This document shows positions 47,062 through 56,267 of a stretch of DNA of 64,000 bases, piece by piece. The DNA is taken from positions 480,001 through 544,000 of the forward strand of contig CAVYRH010000004.1 in NCBI GenBank assembly GCA_963770835.1. The letters are read 5' to 3'. The translations under genes and the position numbers were made by a program. The notes under the pieces are model-generated. The model worked only from the letters and a program-made list of their open reading frames with translations, did not search any database and was not told where the DNA came from. Source of the DNA: an uncultured Pseudomonadota bacterium. Lineage in GTDB: Bacteria > Oederibacteriota > Muellerivitia > Muellerivitales > Muellerivitaceae. Within the stretch, counting starts at the first letter, position 1; every line of letters begins with the position of its first letter.

Positions 47062-49881
47062 TCAGCCGGTGTTCTTCAGCCCCGCCGCGATGCCGTTGAT
47101 GGTCATCAGGATGGCCTCTTCCAACTCCCGGGCCTCGGCCTCATCGGGGTCGTTGCGGAAGCGCTTGATGAGCTCGACCTGGACGAAACTCAGGGGGTCG
47201 ATATAGGGGTTGCGGCGCTTGATGGAGTCATACAGCGGCCGGTCTTTCTCCAGGAGTTCCGCCACTTGGACAACCTGGCAGACGACTTTCACGGTCCGGT
47301 CGAATTCCGCCTTGATGCGGTCGAAGATTTCCCGGCCCAGGGCCTTGTCCGGAACCAGTTCGGCGTATCGGCGGGCGATGTCGATATCCGCCTTGGATAG
47401 GATCATCTGGGCGTTGTCCAGCACCGTCTGGAAAAAGGGCCATTGGGCGTACATTTCCCGAAGAACCGCCAGCCCCTTTTCTGGATCGGTTTTCAAATAG
47501 TCCTCGATGGCGCCCCCCATGCCGTACCAGCCGGGAAGGGTGGTGCGGCTTTGCATCCAGGAAAAGACCCAGGGAATGGCCCGAAGGGCCTCGATGGAGT
47601 CGCCCTTTCCCCGGCTGGCGGGACGGCTGCCGATGCGGTGGCGGCTGATCTCGTCGATGGGCGTGGCCGCGTGGAAATACTCCACGAAACGGGGATGGCC
47701 GTACACCAGCGAATGGTAGGCCTGGAAGGACTGGCGGGAGAGTTTTTCCATGATCTGCTTCCACTCGGCCTTGGGGATCACCTCCTTGGGCGGGAAGGAA
47801 GCCCTCAAGACCGCGTTGGTGATCTGCTCCAAGTGGCTGCGGGCGGTGGAGGGTTCCCCATAGCGGTCGCTGATGACCTCCCCCTGTTCGGTGATCTTGA
47901 TGCGTCCCTTCACCGTTCCCGGCGGCTGGGCCAGGATGGCCTGCCCGGCGGGCCCGCCGCCGCGGCCCACGCTGCCGCCGCGGCCGTGGAAAAGCCTCAA
48001 GGCGATTCCGTGGTTGTCGGCCATCCTGGCCAGTTCCTGCTGGGCCTTATAGAGGGACCAATTGGCGCTGAGGTAGCCCCCCTCCTTGTTGGAGTCGCTG
48101 TAGCCCAGCATGATTTCCTGCACGTCGTTGCGAAGGCTTAAATGGGCCCGGTAGGATTCGTTCTTCAGGAGCCGTTCCAGCATGCCGGCTCCCCGGCGCA
48201 GGTCGTCGCCCGTTTCGAAAAGGGGCACGATGTTGAGGTGGCTGTAGTGGCCCTTGCGGTAAAGGCCGGCCTCGCGGAGGAAGAGCAGGACGGTCAGCAC
48301 GTCCGAGACGCCGTGGGTCATGGAGATGATGTAGGTGTCGACGGCGCGGGGGTTCAGGTGTTCCTGGATGACGGAAAGCACCCGGAAGGTCTCGATGGTA
48401 TCCATGGTTTCCGGGCTGTATTCGGCCTTCGCGGGAATCAGGGGGCGTTCGTCCATCAAAAGGCTTTCCAGGAGGACCAGGCGTTTTTCCTCGTCCAGGG
48501 ACAGGTAGTCGGGGCGGATGCCCATCCCAGCCAGGATTTCCGCCAGGGCCTGGGTGTGCCGGGAGGAATGCTGGCGGATGTCCAGGGTGGCCAGGCGGAA
48601 GCCGAATATTTCCGCGTTGTGCCGGACCTTCGCCAGGTATCCGTCGGCCAGGATGGCGCCCTTGTTGGCGCGGAGGCTGACGTCCATGACGTTCAAGTCC
48701 CCCAGGAACTCGGAGGCGCCGGGGTACCAGGTGCCGGGCGGCGGGGGAGGCGGGATGGTGTGCCAGTCCCTGCGGAAATCCTCGGCGTGGGCCAGGGTCC
48801 TCAGGAGCTTCTCATGGATGTAGTTGCACTTCTGCCGGTAGCGCTCATGCCAAATCTGGGTATTGATGCGTTCGGCCAGGTCCGGGAAAAGGGACTCGTC
48901 CCGCGCGATGGAAGCGGCTAATTCGGTGGTAATGGGGGCCAGGCGGTCGGAGGGGCTCAAGCGGCTGCTGAGTTCCTCGATGGCCTTGATATGGGCTTTG
49001 AGGGCCGAGATCCGCAGGTGCTTCACGGCTTCCACCGTGACTTCGGGGGTCACGAAGGGGTTGCCATCCCTATCCCCGCCCACCCAGGAGCCGAACCGCA
49101 GGAAAGGCGGCAGGGCCCAGGTGGTCTTGGGGAATTCCTTCTTCAGAGAGCGTTCCAACTCCCGGTAGATCTCCGGCATGACGCCCCAAAGGGATTCCTC
49201 GAAATAGTAAAGATACCCCTTCACCTCGTCCAGGACGTTGAGCTTGACCTGGCGCACCTCGTCGGACTGCCAGAGCGCCACGATCTCTTCCAGGACGGAT
49301 TTCATGACCTCGTCCCGCTCGGCTTCCGTCAGGCGGTCTTCGACGAGGCGGACGGCTGTGGCGTAGACCCGGTGGAGCTTGGTGAGGGCGGTGCGGCGCC
49401 GGGATTCGGTGGGATGGGCGGTGAAGACCATGAGGATCTTGGCCTGGTCCAGGAGAGCCTGGATCTTGCGGGGGAGCACCCCTTGTTCCCTTAAAACCGA
49501 GACGGCCTCGGGGATGGAACCGGGCAGGGGGGCGCCGTTGCCCGGCAGGCTCTCCTGGGCATGGACCGCGTCGATTTTTTCCGCCAGGTTGATCAGGCCG
49601 AAGAAATGGGTGAAGGCCTTGGTGAGCAGGTTGAGTTTCTCCACCGGCAGGGAGGCCACGATCTGGGACAGTTCCTCGCCCACCCTGACGTCGGAAGTCA
49701 TCCGGAAGTTCCGGGCCAGCTGCCGGACCCTTTCGACCAAGGCCAGGGCCTCCGGGCCCTCCTGGAAGGAAATGACCTTTCCGAGGGTGGTGGCCAGGGT
49801 GTTGACGAGCGCGGGCAGGGAATAGGGGTCGGACTTGGGGTCAAACGGCGTGTTAGAGGGGTTGGGATCTTCCTGAAACAT
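47062..49881 (-). CDS. ppc: Phosphoenolpyruvate carboxylase
   Basis: VFTAHPTE, SWVGGDRDGNP, MLGYSDSNKEGG, FHGRGGSVGRGGG, LRAIPWVF and GLKNTG. Confidence 0.97.
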   Translation of the reverse strand: MFQEDPNPSNTPFDPKSDPYSLPALVNTLATTLGKVISFQEGPEALALVERVRQLARNFRMTSDVRVGEELSQIVASLPVEKLNLLTKAFTHFFGLINLAEKIDAVHAQESLPGNGAPLPGSIPEAVSVLREQGVLPRKIQALLDQAKILMVFTAHPTESRRRTALTKLHRVYATAVRLVEDRLTEAERDEVMKSVLEEIVALWQSDEVRQVKLNVLDEVKGYLYYFEESLWGVMPEIYRELERSLKKEFPKTTWALPPFLRFGSWVGGDRDGNPFVTPEVTVEAVKHLRISALKAHIKAIEELSSRLSPSDRLAPITTELAASIARDESLFPDLAERINTQIWHERYRQKCNYIHEKLLRTLAHAEDFRRDWHTIPPPPPPGTWYPGASEFLGDLNVMDVSLRANKGAILADGYLAKVRHNAEIFGFRLATLDIRQHSSRHTQALAEILAGMGIRPDYLSLDEEKRLVLLESLLMDERPLIPAKAEYSPETMDTIETFRVLSVIQEHLNPRAVDTYIISMTHGVSDVLTVLLFLREAGLYRKGHYSHLNIVPLFETGDDLRRGAGMLERLLKNESYRAHLSLRNDVQEIMLGYSDSNKEGGYLSANWSLYKAQQELARMADNHGIALRLFHGRGGSVGRGGGPAGQAILAQPPGTVKGRIKITEQGEVISDRYGEPSTARSHLEQITNAVLRASFPPKEVIPKAEWKQIMEKLSRQSFQAYHSLVYGHPRFVEYFHAATPIDEISRHRIGSRPASRGKGDSIEALRAIPWVFSWMQSRTTLPGWYGMGGAIEDYLKTDPEKGLAVLREMYAQWPFFQTVLDNAQMILSKADIDIARRYAELVPDKALGREIFDRIKAEFDRTVKVVCQVVQVAELLEKDRPLYDSIKRRNPYIDPLSFVQVELIKRFRNDPDEAEARELEEAILMTINGIAAGLKNTG

Positions 49882-49898
49882 GGTTGGACCTGGGGTTA

Positions 49899-50004
49899 AG
49901 TTCGCAGTCCGCAGTCCGCAGTTTCAAGTGAATGAAGTTTTTGTTTGGCGGGGCCAAACAAAAACATTCCGAAACTTCGAACTAAGAACTTCGCACTTCG
50001 AACT
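49899..50004. repeat. Empty heptamer-arm element (TTCG unit) with central hairpin
   Basis: AGTTCGC-AGTCCGC-AGTCCGC-AGTTTCA ... GTTTTTGTTTGGC-ggg-GCCAAACAAAAAC ... TTCGAAC-TAAGAAC-TTCGCAC-TTCGAAC. Confidence 0.8.
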
Positions 50005-50008
50005 GGGG

Positions 50009-50500
50009 TTATGTGAGTTTTTCCTTCAGGATTTTATCCGCCTGGTCGGCGCGGTATTGCTTGATCTTTTTTCGAAGTTCGGGGTCCTTCAAACCAAGGA
50101 TGGCGATGGCCAGGAGCGCCGCATTGACCGCCCCCGCCTTGCCCACGGCCAAGGTTCCCACCGGAATGCCGCCGGGCATTTGGGCCGTGGAAAGAAGCGA
50201 ATCAAGCCCCAAAAGCTTGCTTTCCATGGGCACCCCCAAAACCGGAAGCACGGTATGGGCCGCGCAAACGCCGGCCAAATGGGCCGCGCCGCCCGCGGCC
50301 GCGATGACGACTTCCACTCCCCGATCCTCCGCCCCCGAAACGTACTCGGCGGTTTCCTTGGGCGTGCGGTGGGCCGAAAGCACGCGGCACTCGTGCGCCA
50401 CGCCGAACTGGGCCAGTGTATCGGAGGCGTTTTTCATCACATCCCAGTCCGACTTGCTGCCCATCAGAATATTAACGAGAGGCTTGGAAGCTGGAACCAT
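50009..50500 (-). CDS. purE: N5-carboxyaminoimidazole ribonucleotide mutase
   Basis: ILMGSKSD, SAHRTP, AGGAAHLAG and QMPGGIPV. Confidence 0.96.
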   Translation of the reverse strand: MVPASKPLVNILMGSKSDWDVMKNASDTLAQFGVAHECRVLSAHRTPKETAEYVSGAEDRGVEVVIAAAGGAAHLAGVCAAHTVLPVLGVPMESKLLGLDSLLSTAQMPGGIPVGTLAVGKAGAVNAALLAIAILGLKDPELRKKIKQYRADQADKILKEKLT

Positions 50501-50557
50501 GTTCGCGGCCTTTCAACGGAGTGATGGGGAGAGAATACCAGATTCGAAAGAAAATTT

Positions 50558-50661
50558 AACCACCAAGGGCACCAAGAAAAAATTAAACCCTGACCAGGCT
50601 TAAACTATTGTTCTTTGCTGTTCTTGGTGAGCTTGGTGCCCTTGGTGGTCAAAAGCTTTTG
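50558..50661. repeat. CACCAAG nonamer palindromic element
   Basis: AACCACCAAGGGCACCAAGAA ... TTCTTGGTGAGCTTGGTGCCCTTGGTGGT. Confidence 0.8.
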
Positions 50662-50696
50662 TGTGTAATCCGTTTTGATTCCTGTAAAATACGATT

Positions 50697-51389
50697 ATGA
50701 CCACTGAAACTTTCGCGCTTTTCTACAAAGCCATCACCCAGGGCCTCATCATGGGTTTTTGCACGGCGGCCCTCTTAGGGCCCGTCAACGCCCTGGCGGT
50801 CCGCAGGGGCATCGTCGGGGGGTTCCAACAAACCGTGGGAGTGGGGGCCGGAGCCGCCATCGTGGACGCCATTTGGGCCTACGTGGTTTTCGCCGGGCTG
50901 ATCAAAGTGGGCATTGTAGGCACCGGCAAGATCATCGTCTGGTGCCTTTGCGCCGTTTTCCTGCTCTACCTAGCCTATTCGATGCTGATGGAAATTAGGG
51001 ACAACCCGGAGATGATGGACAATCCGAAAGTTTCGAGGCAAATCCGGTTCCTGGACGATTCCTTCATCATCGGGTTCCTCATCGCGGCCACGAACCCCTT
51101 TTCCCTGCTCCGGTGGATCGGGCTGGTGGGCACCCTGGACGTGTCCGGCAGCATCGAACTGACCGGCGGGGCCGCCACTTCCTTTTTTTCGGCGGTATTG
51201 GTCAGTGAAATGGTCTGGTTTTTCGGCCTGGGGCTGGTGGTCCAATACAGCCGGAACCTTTTCGACCGAAAGGCCTTGAACACCATCAAGTGGGTGTGCG
51301 GATTGATCCTGTTGGTTTACGCGCTTTTCATGGCCAGCAAGGTGGTGATCACCCTGATCCACACCGGCGGCGCACCGATCCTGCCCTAG
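50697..51389 (+). CDS. LysE/RhtB family translocator
   Basis: GPVNALAVRRG..G.GAA..D and GFL...TNP motifs; hydrophobic helices. Confidence 0.85.
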   Translation: MTTETFALFYKAITQGLIMGFCTAALLGPVNALAVRRGIVGGFQQTVGVGAGAAIVDAIWAYVVFAGLIKVGIVGTGKIIVWCLCAVFLLYLAYSMLMEIRDNPEMMDNPKVSRQIRFLDDSFIIGFLIAATNPFSLLRWIGLVGTLDVSGSIELTGGAATSFFSAVLVSEMVWFFGLGLVVQYSRNLFDRKALNTIKWVCGLILLVYALFMASKVVITLIHTGGAPILP

Positions 51390-51438
51390 TCCCAGCGGTC
51401 CTCAGTCCACCCCCAGAAACAAGATTCCCGGCCTGGAG

Positions 51439-53085
51439 TCAGCGGATCACCACCAGTTTCAGGATCTGCGCCCGGACAGAGCCTCCGGGATCGGTCACTT
51501 TAACCCTCGCCAGGTACAAGCCGCTGGCCTTCCCCGTTGAATTCCAAAGGCATAAGCTGGAACCGGATACTCCCCTTTCGGTGGCCATCCACTCCCCGGC
51601 AACGGTGTAGAGGGAGATCTCTAGTGTCGCGCCGGATTCCGGAACCCTGAAAGTGGTCGTCGTATTGCCGCCGGTAAGCCTATTGGGTATGGCGACCACC
51701 GGGCCCACCGGCACCGGCGTCAGTGTTATGGTCGGGGTATTGGTGGCCGTGGGGGTTAAAGTAGGCGTGCAGGTATTGCCGGGATAACCGCAGGGAGTGT
51801 CCGTGGGCGTGGGTGTGGATGTCCAAGCGGGGCAGGTGCCCGTGGAACTGATGGCGGAAAGCCAGGTTGAAACGGGCGCCCCATGGTAGGAGGTGGCGGG
51901 ATAACCGCTGAAACTCGTCAGCAATTGCGGGCCGTCATCCGGACTGAAAGCCCAGGCCATGGCGGAATACACGTAGCTTTTGTCATTGCTTCCGTTGATC
52001 CAGGCGATGGTTTGGTTGTCCCAGTTGGAGGGATCGGTTGAAGACTCGCCGAACTCCTCGATCATAACTGCGTGGTTGGTCGTGGCCACCGTCACATAAG
52101 GGTCCCACCCTCCCGCCGTCACGCCCTTGTTGTTGTAGACGTGGGCCGAGTAAAGGATTCCGTTACCCGCCACCGTCGTGCCGCTGTTGGACGCCGTGTC
52201 GGCAAGCGCGTTGGTGGACAACCCGGTTAAATCGTAGGAGTACTGGAGCCCCCCCACGACGAGCACATTGCTCACCCCCGCGCCCCGGATCGTATCCACC
52301 AGGTATTGAAAACCCGGGGTATTGAAGGCCGGCTGGGCGTCGCCATAGGTCACGTTTCCGCTGGCGGCCACGGCCCCGCCGTCCTGCCAGGTGCTCCAAA
52401 AACCACTGTCGTTCCCGTTGGGCGCGAAGGGCTCGTTGTAGAGGTCGTAAAGGACGGCGGGATTGTTGCCGATAACCGAGGCCACCGAGGACCAAAAAGC
52501 CACCGAGTTCCAGTCCGGCATCGGGGCTTGCCCGGTGGAACCAGAGGCCGATCCCCCGGCGGTGCCCCAGCCCCCGCCCCCGCAAGGGGCCGTCGGGGCG
52601 GTGCCGCCATAGGTGCCCGACCAATGCAGGTCCAGGTCCAGGTAGGCGTTATGGGCGGAACAAACGCTGACCGCGGCCTGGATCATGCCCCGATAGGCTG
52701 CGGTATTGACCGCCGCATCGTAGTCACGCAGGTTTCCGCACCCGAACCAATAATCCTGGTTCACGGGCAGCCTCACGATATTGCAATGCCAGGCCGTTAT
52801 CACCTCACTTAGGATCGCGGGGTAATCGGCCATGCCCACCCCGCTGATGGTGGTCGTTGGCGCGGTCCCATTCCCATAGTCTCCGGTGGGGCTGTATTCC
52901 AACCCCGAAACGTCCACACCCCTCAAGCGGATCGTGCATCCCTGGCTGGTCATGATTTGGTTTCCCACGACTGAAAGGGGAAGAGGGGCGGCCCAAATGC
53001 GGGGGACAGGCAGCAGGGCCAGAAAAAGGAAGACCGGGCTTAAAACATGAACTTTTTTTAAGGTACGTTTAAAGTGCGGATCCAA
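51439..53085 (-). CDS. Secreted GH5 glycoside hydrolase (cellulase-like) with Thr/Pro linker and C-terminal sorting-like domain
   Basis: LRGVDVSGLEY, NIVRLP, LDLHW, acid/base YNEP, HVY, nucleophile IEEFG; TTG at 53085 after AAGGA. Confidence 0.88.
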   Translation of the reverse strand: MDPHFKRTLKKVHVLSPVFLFLALLPVPRIWAAPLPLSVVGNQIMTSQGCTIRLRGVDVSGLEYSPTGDYGNGTAPTTTISGVGMADYPAILSEVITAWHCNIVRLPVNQDYWFGCGNLRDYDAAVNTAAYRGMIQAAVSVCSAHNAYLDLDLHWSGTYGGTAPTAPCGGGGWGTAGGSASGSTGQAPMPDWNSVAFWSSVASVIGNNPAVLYDLYNEPFAPNGNDSGFWSTWQDGGAVAASGNVTYGDAQPAFNTPGFQYLVDTIRGAGVSNVLVVGGLQYSYDLTGLSTNALADTASNSGTTVAGNGILYSAHVYNNKGVTAGGWDPYVTVATTNHAVMIEEFGESSTDPSNWDNQTIAWINGSNDKSYVYSAMAWAFSPDDGPQLLTSFSGYPATSYHGAPVSTWLSAISSTGTCPAWTSTPTPTDTPCGYPGNTCTPTLTPTATNTPTITLTPVPVGPVVAIPNRLTGGNTTTTFRVPESGATLEISLYTVAGEWMATERGVSGSSLCLWNSTGKASGLYLARVKVTDPGGSVRAQILKLVVIR

Positions 53086-53216
53086 ATTTTTCCTTCGCCA
53101 ACTGCCTTTGGTGTTTTTCCAGGCCTGCGGAAGAAAGGCATCAAATGATATAACGGCAGTGACGAAGGTTCCAAACCGGCCTTTCTTAGGCCACGGACTC
53201 CCCAATGGCCGAAGGG

Positions 53217-53855
53217 TTAATATCCGAAACTATCCACATCCACGACTCCTGGAGAGGTGAAAACGGCGCTGCCAGACCCGGAGATTTGCACTCCCACCTG
53301 GAGTACTTGCGAAACATTAGGTGTGTTGGGGGGAGGCGCCTGGTAATTGGGGGCATTAACGTTGTAAGTCACCTGGTTCCATTGGCCGGGGGTCAATTTG
53401 ACGAAGGACCCGTTGGCGTAATTGTAACTGGAATCCTTTAGGAAAATTTGGCCGCCAATGAGGTTGGGCGGGGTCACGATGCCGGATTGAAAATAAATCC
53501 ACACGGAGAAGGTTTTATTCGTCATGTCCTGGGCAGAAGCGAACTGGTAATGGACCGCGTAAGAAGTTAAGTTATAAGTAACCCCTTGGCTGACGCCTTG
53601 GTCGGGGATTTGCAGTTGCAAAGCTCCCGGTCCCTGGAAAACATATTGGTTGGTCCAAGTGATGGGACCGGCCACGCTCACCGGGTTGGAATCGTCAAAA
53701 ACCCAGCCATCCGTTGTTCCATCATCGAAAGCCCCGAAAGAAGCGATAGGCGGGTGGATGAGAGGGCTGATGGGGCCCGTCACCTTGCCGCAGCCGCCCA
53801 AAAGCAGGGCCAGCCCGGCGCCCAAAACAATCATTCCCGAGATCTTATTTTTCAT
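53217..53855 (-). CDS. Lipoprotein with galactose-binding-like (CBM-like) domain
   Basis: Lipobox LGGC; FDDGTTDGW..GALQL..DMTNKTFSVWIY..PGQWNQVT..VGVQI jelly-roll pattern. Confidence 0.7.
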   Translation of the reverse strand: MKNKISGMIVLGAGLALLLGGCGKVTGPISPLIHPPIASFGAFDDGTTDGWVFDDSNPVSVAGPITWTNQYVFQGPGALQLQIPDQGVSQGVTYNLTSYAVHYQFASAQDMTNKTFSVWIYFQSGIVTPPNLIGGQIFLKDSSYNYANGSFVKLTPGQWNQVTYNVNAPNYQAPPPNTPNVSQVLQVGVQISGSGSAVFTSPGVVDVDSFGY

Positions 53856-56253
53856 TTCCTTTTCCTCCCCTTAACTCGTTGGACATCAGAACGAACGTGT
53901 TACAAGCATCCACCTGGGTGGGGTCCAGCTGGTAATTGTCCCCCTTGTAGTCGGGTTCGGCCAGCATCCAATATTGGGTACCGTCCCCGCCTGCGTCGTA
54001 AAAAGCCTTCATCATGTAATAGATGAATTTGGGCCGGTCATAATCGGCCCGGTCCTTGTCGATGCCGAATTCCTCCATGACCACCGGTTTTTTCAATATC
54101 CCGTGGGCGTCCTTCACGTAGGCCGCCAAAAGGGCCTGGGTGGTTTCCAGGTTCCACATGGAATACTGGTTGGAAGGGTAGACATGGAAGGTGGCGTAGT
54201 CGATGTTGGGCGAACTGTGGTCCAGGATAAAGTCGGTTCCGGAATAGTGGGTGCCGTTCTCGGCCCGCAGGCCTTCCGAACCCGTCGTCACCAGCTGTTT
54301 CACTCCCAGGTTTTTAATATAGGAAGCCATCTCGTCGATCCATCCTGCCAGGGTTTTGCCCGTGGTGTCCGATTCGTCGCGGGGTTCGTTCATCAGGTCC
54401 CAGGCCATGATGGTGGGGTCGTCCTTATAGGCGATGCCGCTGATGCTGTTGACGTGGTTGACGAAGGCTTTCACGTAGTCCTTATAGGCCTCTTTGACCT
54501 GCTTATTGGCGAAGAAGTCGTTCTTGTCCGTGAGGCCGAAATACTTGACCCAATCGGGCGCCCCTCCCAGATCGGCCCAGTTGTTGGCCAAGGCGATGAC
54601 CAGGCGGATATGGTGCTTGGCCGCGGATTGGACCACCCCGTCCATGTCCTTAAAGGCCTCCTCCCGGTATTTTCCGGGGCCGGTTACGAAGTAACGGCGT
54701 TTTTCCCAGTCGGCCCAATCCTTTTCCGGTTTGCCGGTGACGCCAAATCCCCAGGTGCGCATGACCGTGAAGCCCAGCTTTTGGGCCCAGCCCATGACGT
54801 ATTCCAGCGACTTGGCCCCCTGGTAATGCAGGTAATAATTGTTGGTGCCGACGTAGCGGAAGGGCTTGTCGCCGTCGTAGAAATGGGGGCCCTTGACCGT
54901 GATGAAATGGTTGGACAGGGAAATGGGCTTGGCGAAGATTTGCCTCACGGGGAGCGCGGTGAAAGTGGAGGTGTTGGAATATTGGGTATCGTCGCCCTTA
55001 ACCGCCTTCAATTGATAGGTGTAGGTTTTTCCAGCGGCGAGGCCCGAAAGCGACACCCTTTGGGTCGTGGAGGGTTCGGAGGTGAGGGCGGTTTCCTGGG
55101 CCATCATACCCTCCAAACCGTAACGGACCTGAACCTGGGCAGGATGAGCGAGAACAACCTTGATGGATTCCTGGGCGTCCCAGCTCATGACGGGAGTTTC
55201 GACTTGGGAGGCGGAGACCGAGACGAAAAGATCCTTGGCGCCGAACCCACCCAAATGGGAAAGGCCGGTGAAAAAGGCACCTAAGGCCGTCCATTTATCC
55301 TGGGCCATGGAAGGTCCGGATCCAACCAGCGCGCCCGCGCAAAGGTCGGCGGGTTGGGCTTCCGGCTTGTCCAATAAGGCCACCACCGGTTTTCCAATTT
55401 CTTGGGCCCATTTCATGGCCGAGGGAGCCTGGGGTTGGAGGCGGTCCATAACGAAATCCAAGCCGGGTTGCCCGGCCGCCGTAATGGCGTTGATGCCCTG
55501 AGCCTGGGGATTGAGGGTTACGGCCACCAAGGCGTGGTTGGTGAGCGACTTGACGAAAGGCCCCATGGAGGCTATCCAACCATCGAAAGAACCCGGGTCA
55601 TCACCGGGATTTTCCGGCGTGTCAATAAGGTCCCAGGCCAGGATGGCCGGTTCGGAGCCATATTTAACGCCGGTCACCTTATTCACCCGGGTCAGGAGCA
55701 TTTTCACGTAGTCCTGGTACCAGTCCTTGCATTGGAAATTGATGAAGAATACGCCGGGGTTGGGGCTGCCCACCCAGGCCCCGTAATCGGCCTTTCCCCC
55801 CTCATCGCCCTTATCCGCGCAAAGGTTCAAAACCAGGTTCACTCCGGAAGCCTTAGCCGATGCCACCATTTGGTCGAGCTTCAAAAGCGCGTTCTCATTC
55901 CATTGGTCCGGCCCGGTTTGGAGGACGTCGGCTCCTTTGCCGGTGGAGAAGGCGTTGGTCTTCACCACTTTGCCGCCCGCCGCCCTGACCTGCTTAAAAA
56001 AAGAGGATAGTTGCCCGGGTGAAAGCCGGTAAAGGCCGGAGGCTTCAATACCGGCCAAGAAATAAGGCTTGCCGTCTTCCGAAAGGGCCAAGCCCTGGAC
56101 CTTCAATCCTAAAGCCGTGGTTTTTTTGGTTTTGGAAGCCCAAGTCCCCGTCGGGGCGGCCAACAGAAAAGCAGCTGTCCAAACCATCCACCGGTAACGG
56201 GGACGACGGGACAGCCCGGACTTCCCGGAGGTTTTGAGGGCTTGGTGGTTCAT
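53845..56253 (-). CDS. GH5 endo-beta-mannanase-like enzyme: degenerate GH5 + Fn3 + intact GH5
   Basis: C-terminal domain GTNNYY, RTWGF, NNWADLGG, AWDLMNEPR, HVYP and KPVVMEEFG (GH5_7-like); Fn3 LSGLAAGKTYTY. Confidence 0.88.
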   Translation of the reverse strand: MNHQALKTSGKSGLSRRPRYRWMVWTAAFLLAAPTGTWASKTKKTTALGLKVQGLALSEDGKPYFLAGIEASGLYRLSPGQLSSFFKQVRAAGGKVVKTNAFSTGKGADVLQTGPDQWNENALLKLDQMVASAKASGVNLVLNLCADKGDEGGKADYGAWVGSPNPGVFFINFQCKDWYQDYVKMLLTRVNKVTGVKYGSEPAILAWDLIDTPENPGDDPGSFDGWIASMGPFVKSLTNHALVAVTLNPQAQGINAITAAGQPGLDFVMDRLQPQAPSAMKWAQEIGKPVVALLDKPEAQPADLCAGALVGSGPSMAQDKWTALGAFFTGLSHLGGFGAKDLFVSVSASQVETPVMSWDAQESIKVVLAHPAQVQVRYGLEGMMAQETALTSEPSTTQRVSLSGLAAGKTYTYQLKAVKGDDTQYSNTSTFTALPVRQIFAKPISLSNHFITVKGPHFYDGDKPFRYVGTNNYYLHYQGAKSLEYVMGWAQKLGFTVMRTWGFGVTGKPEKDWADWEKRRYFVTGPGKYREEAFKDMDGVVQSAAKHHIRLVIALANNWADLGGAPDWVKYFGLTDKNDFFANKQVKEAYKDYVKAFVNHVNSISGIAYKDDPTIMAWDLMNEPRDESDTTGKTLAGWIDEMASYIKNLGVKQLVTTGSEGLRAENGTHYSGTDFILDHSSPNIDYATFHVYPSNQYSMWNLETTQALLAAYVKDAHGILKKPVVMEEFGIDKDRADYDRPKFIYYMMKAFYDAGGDGTQYWMLAEPDYKGDNYQLDPTQVDACNTFVLMSNELRGGKGNEK

Positions 56254-56267
56254 GATAAATTCTTTCC

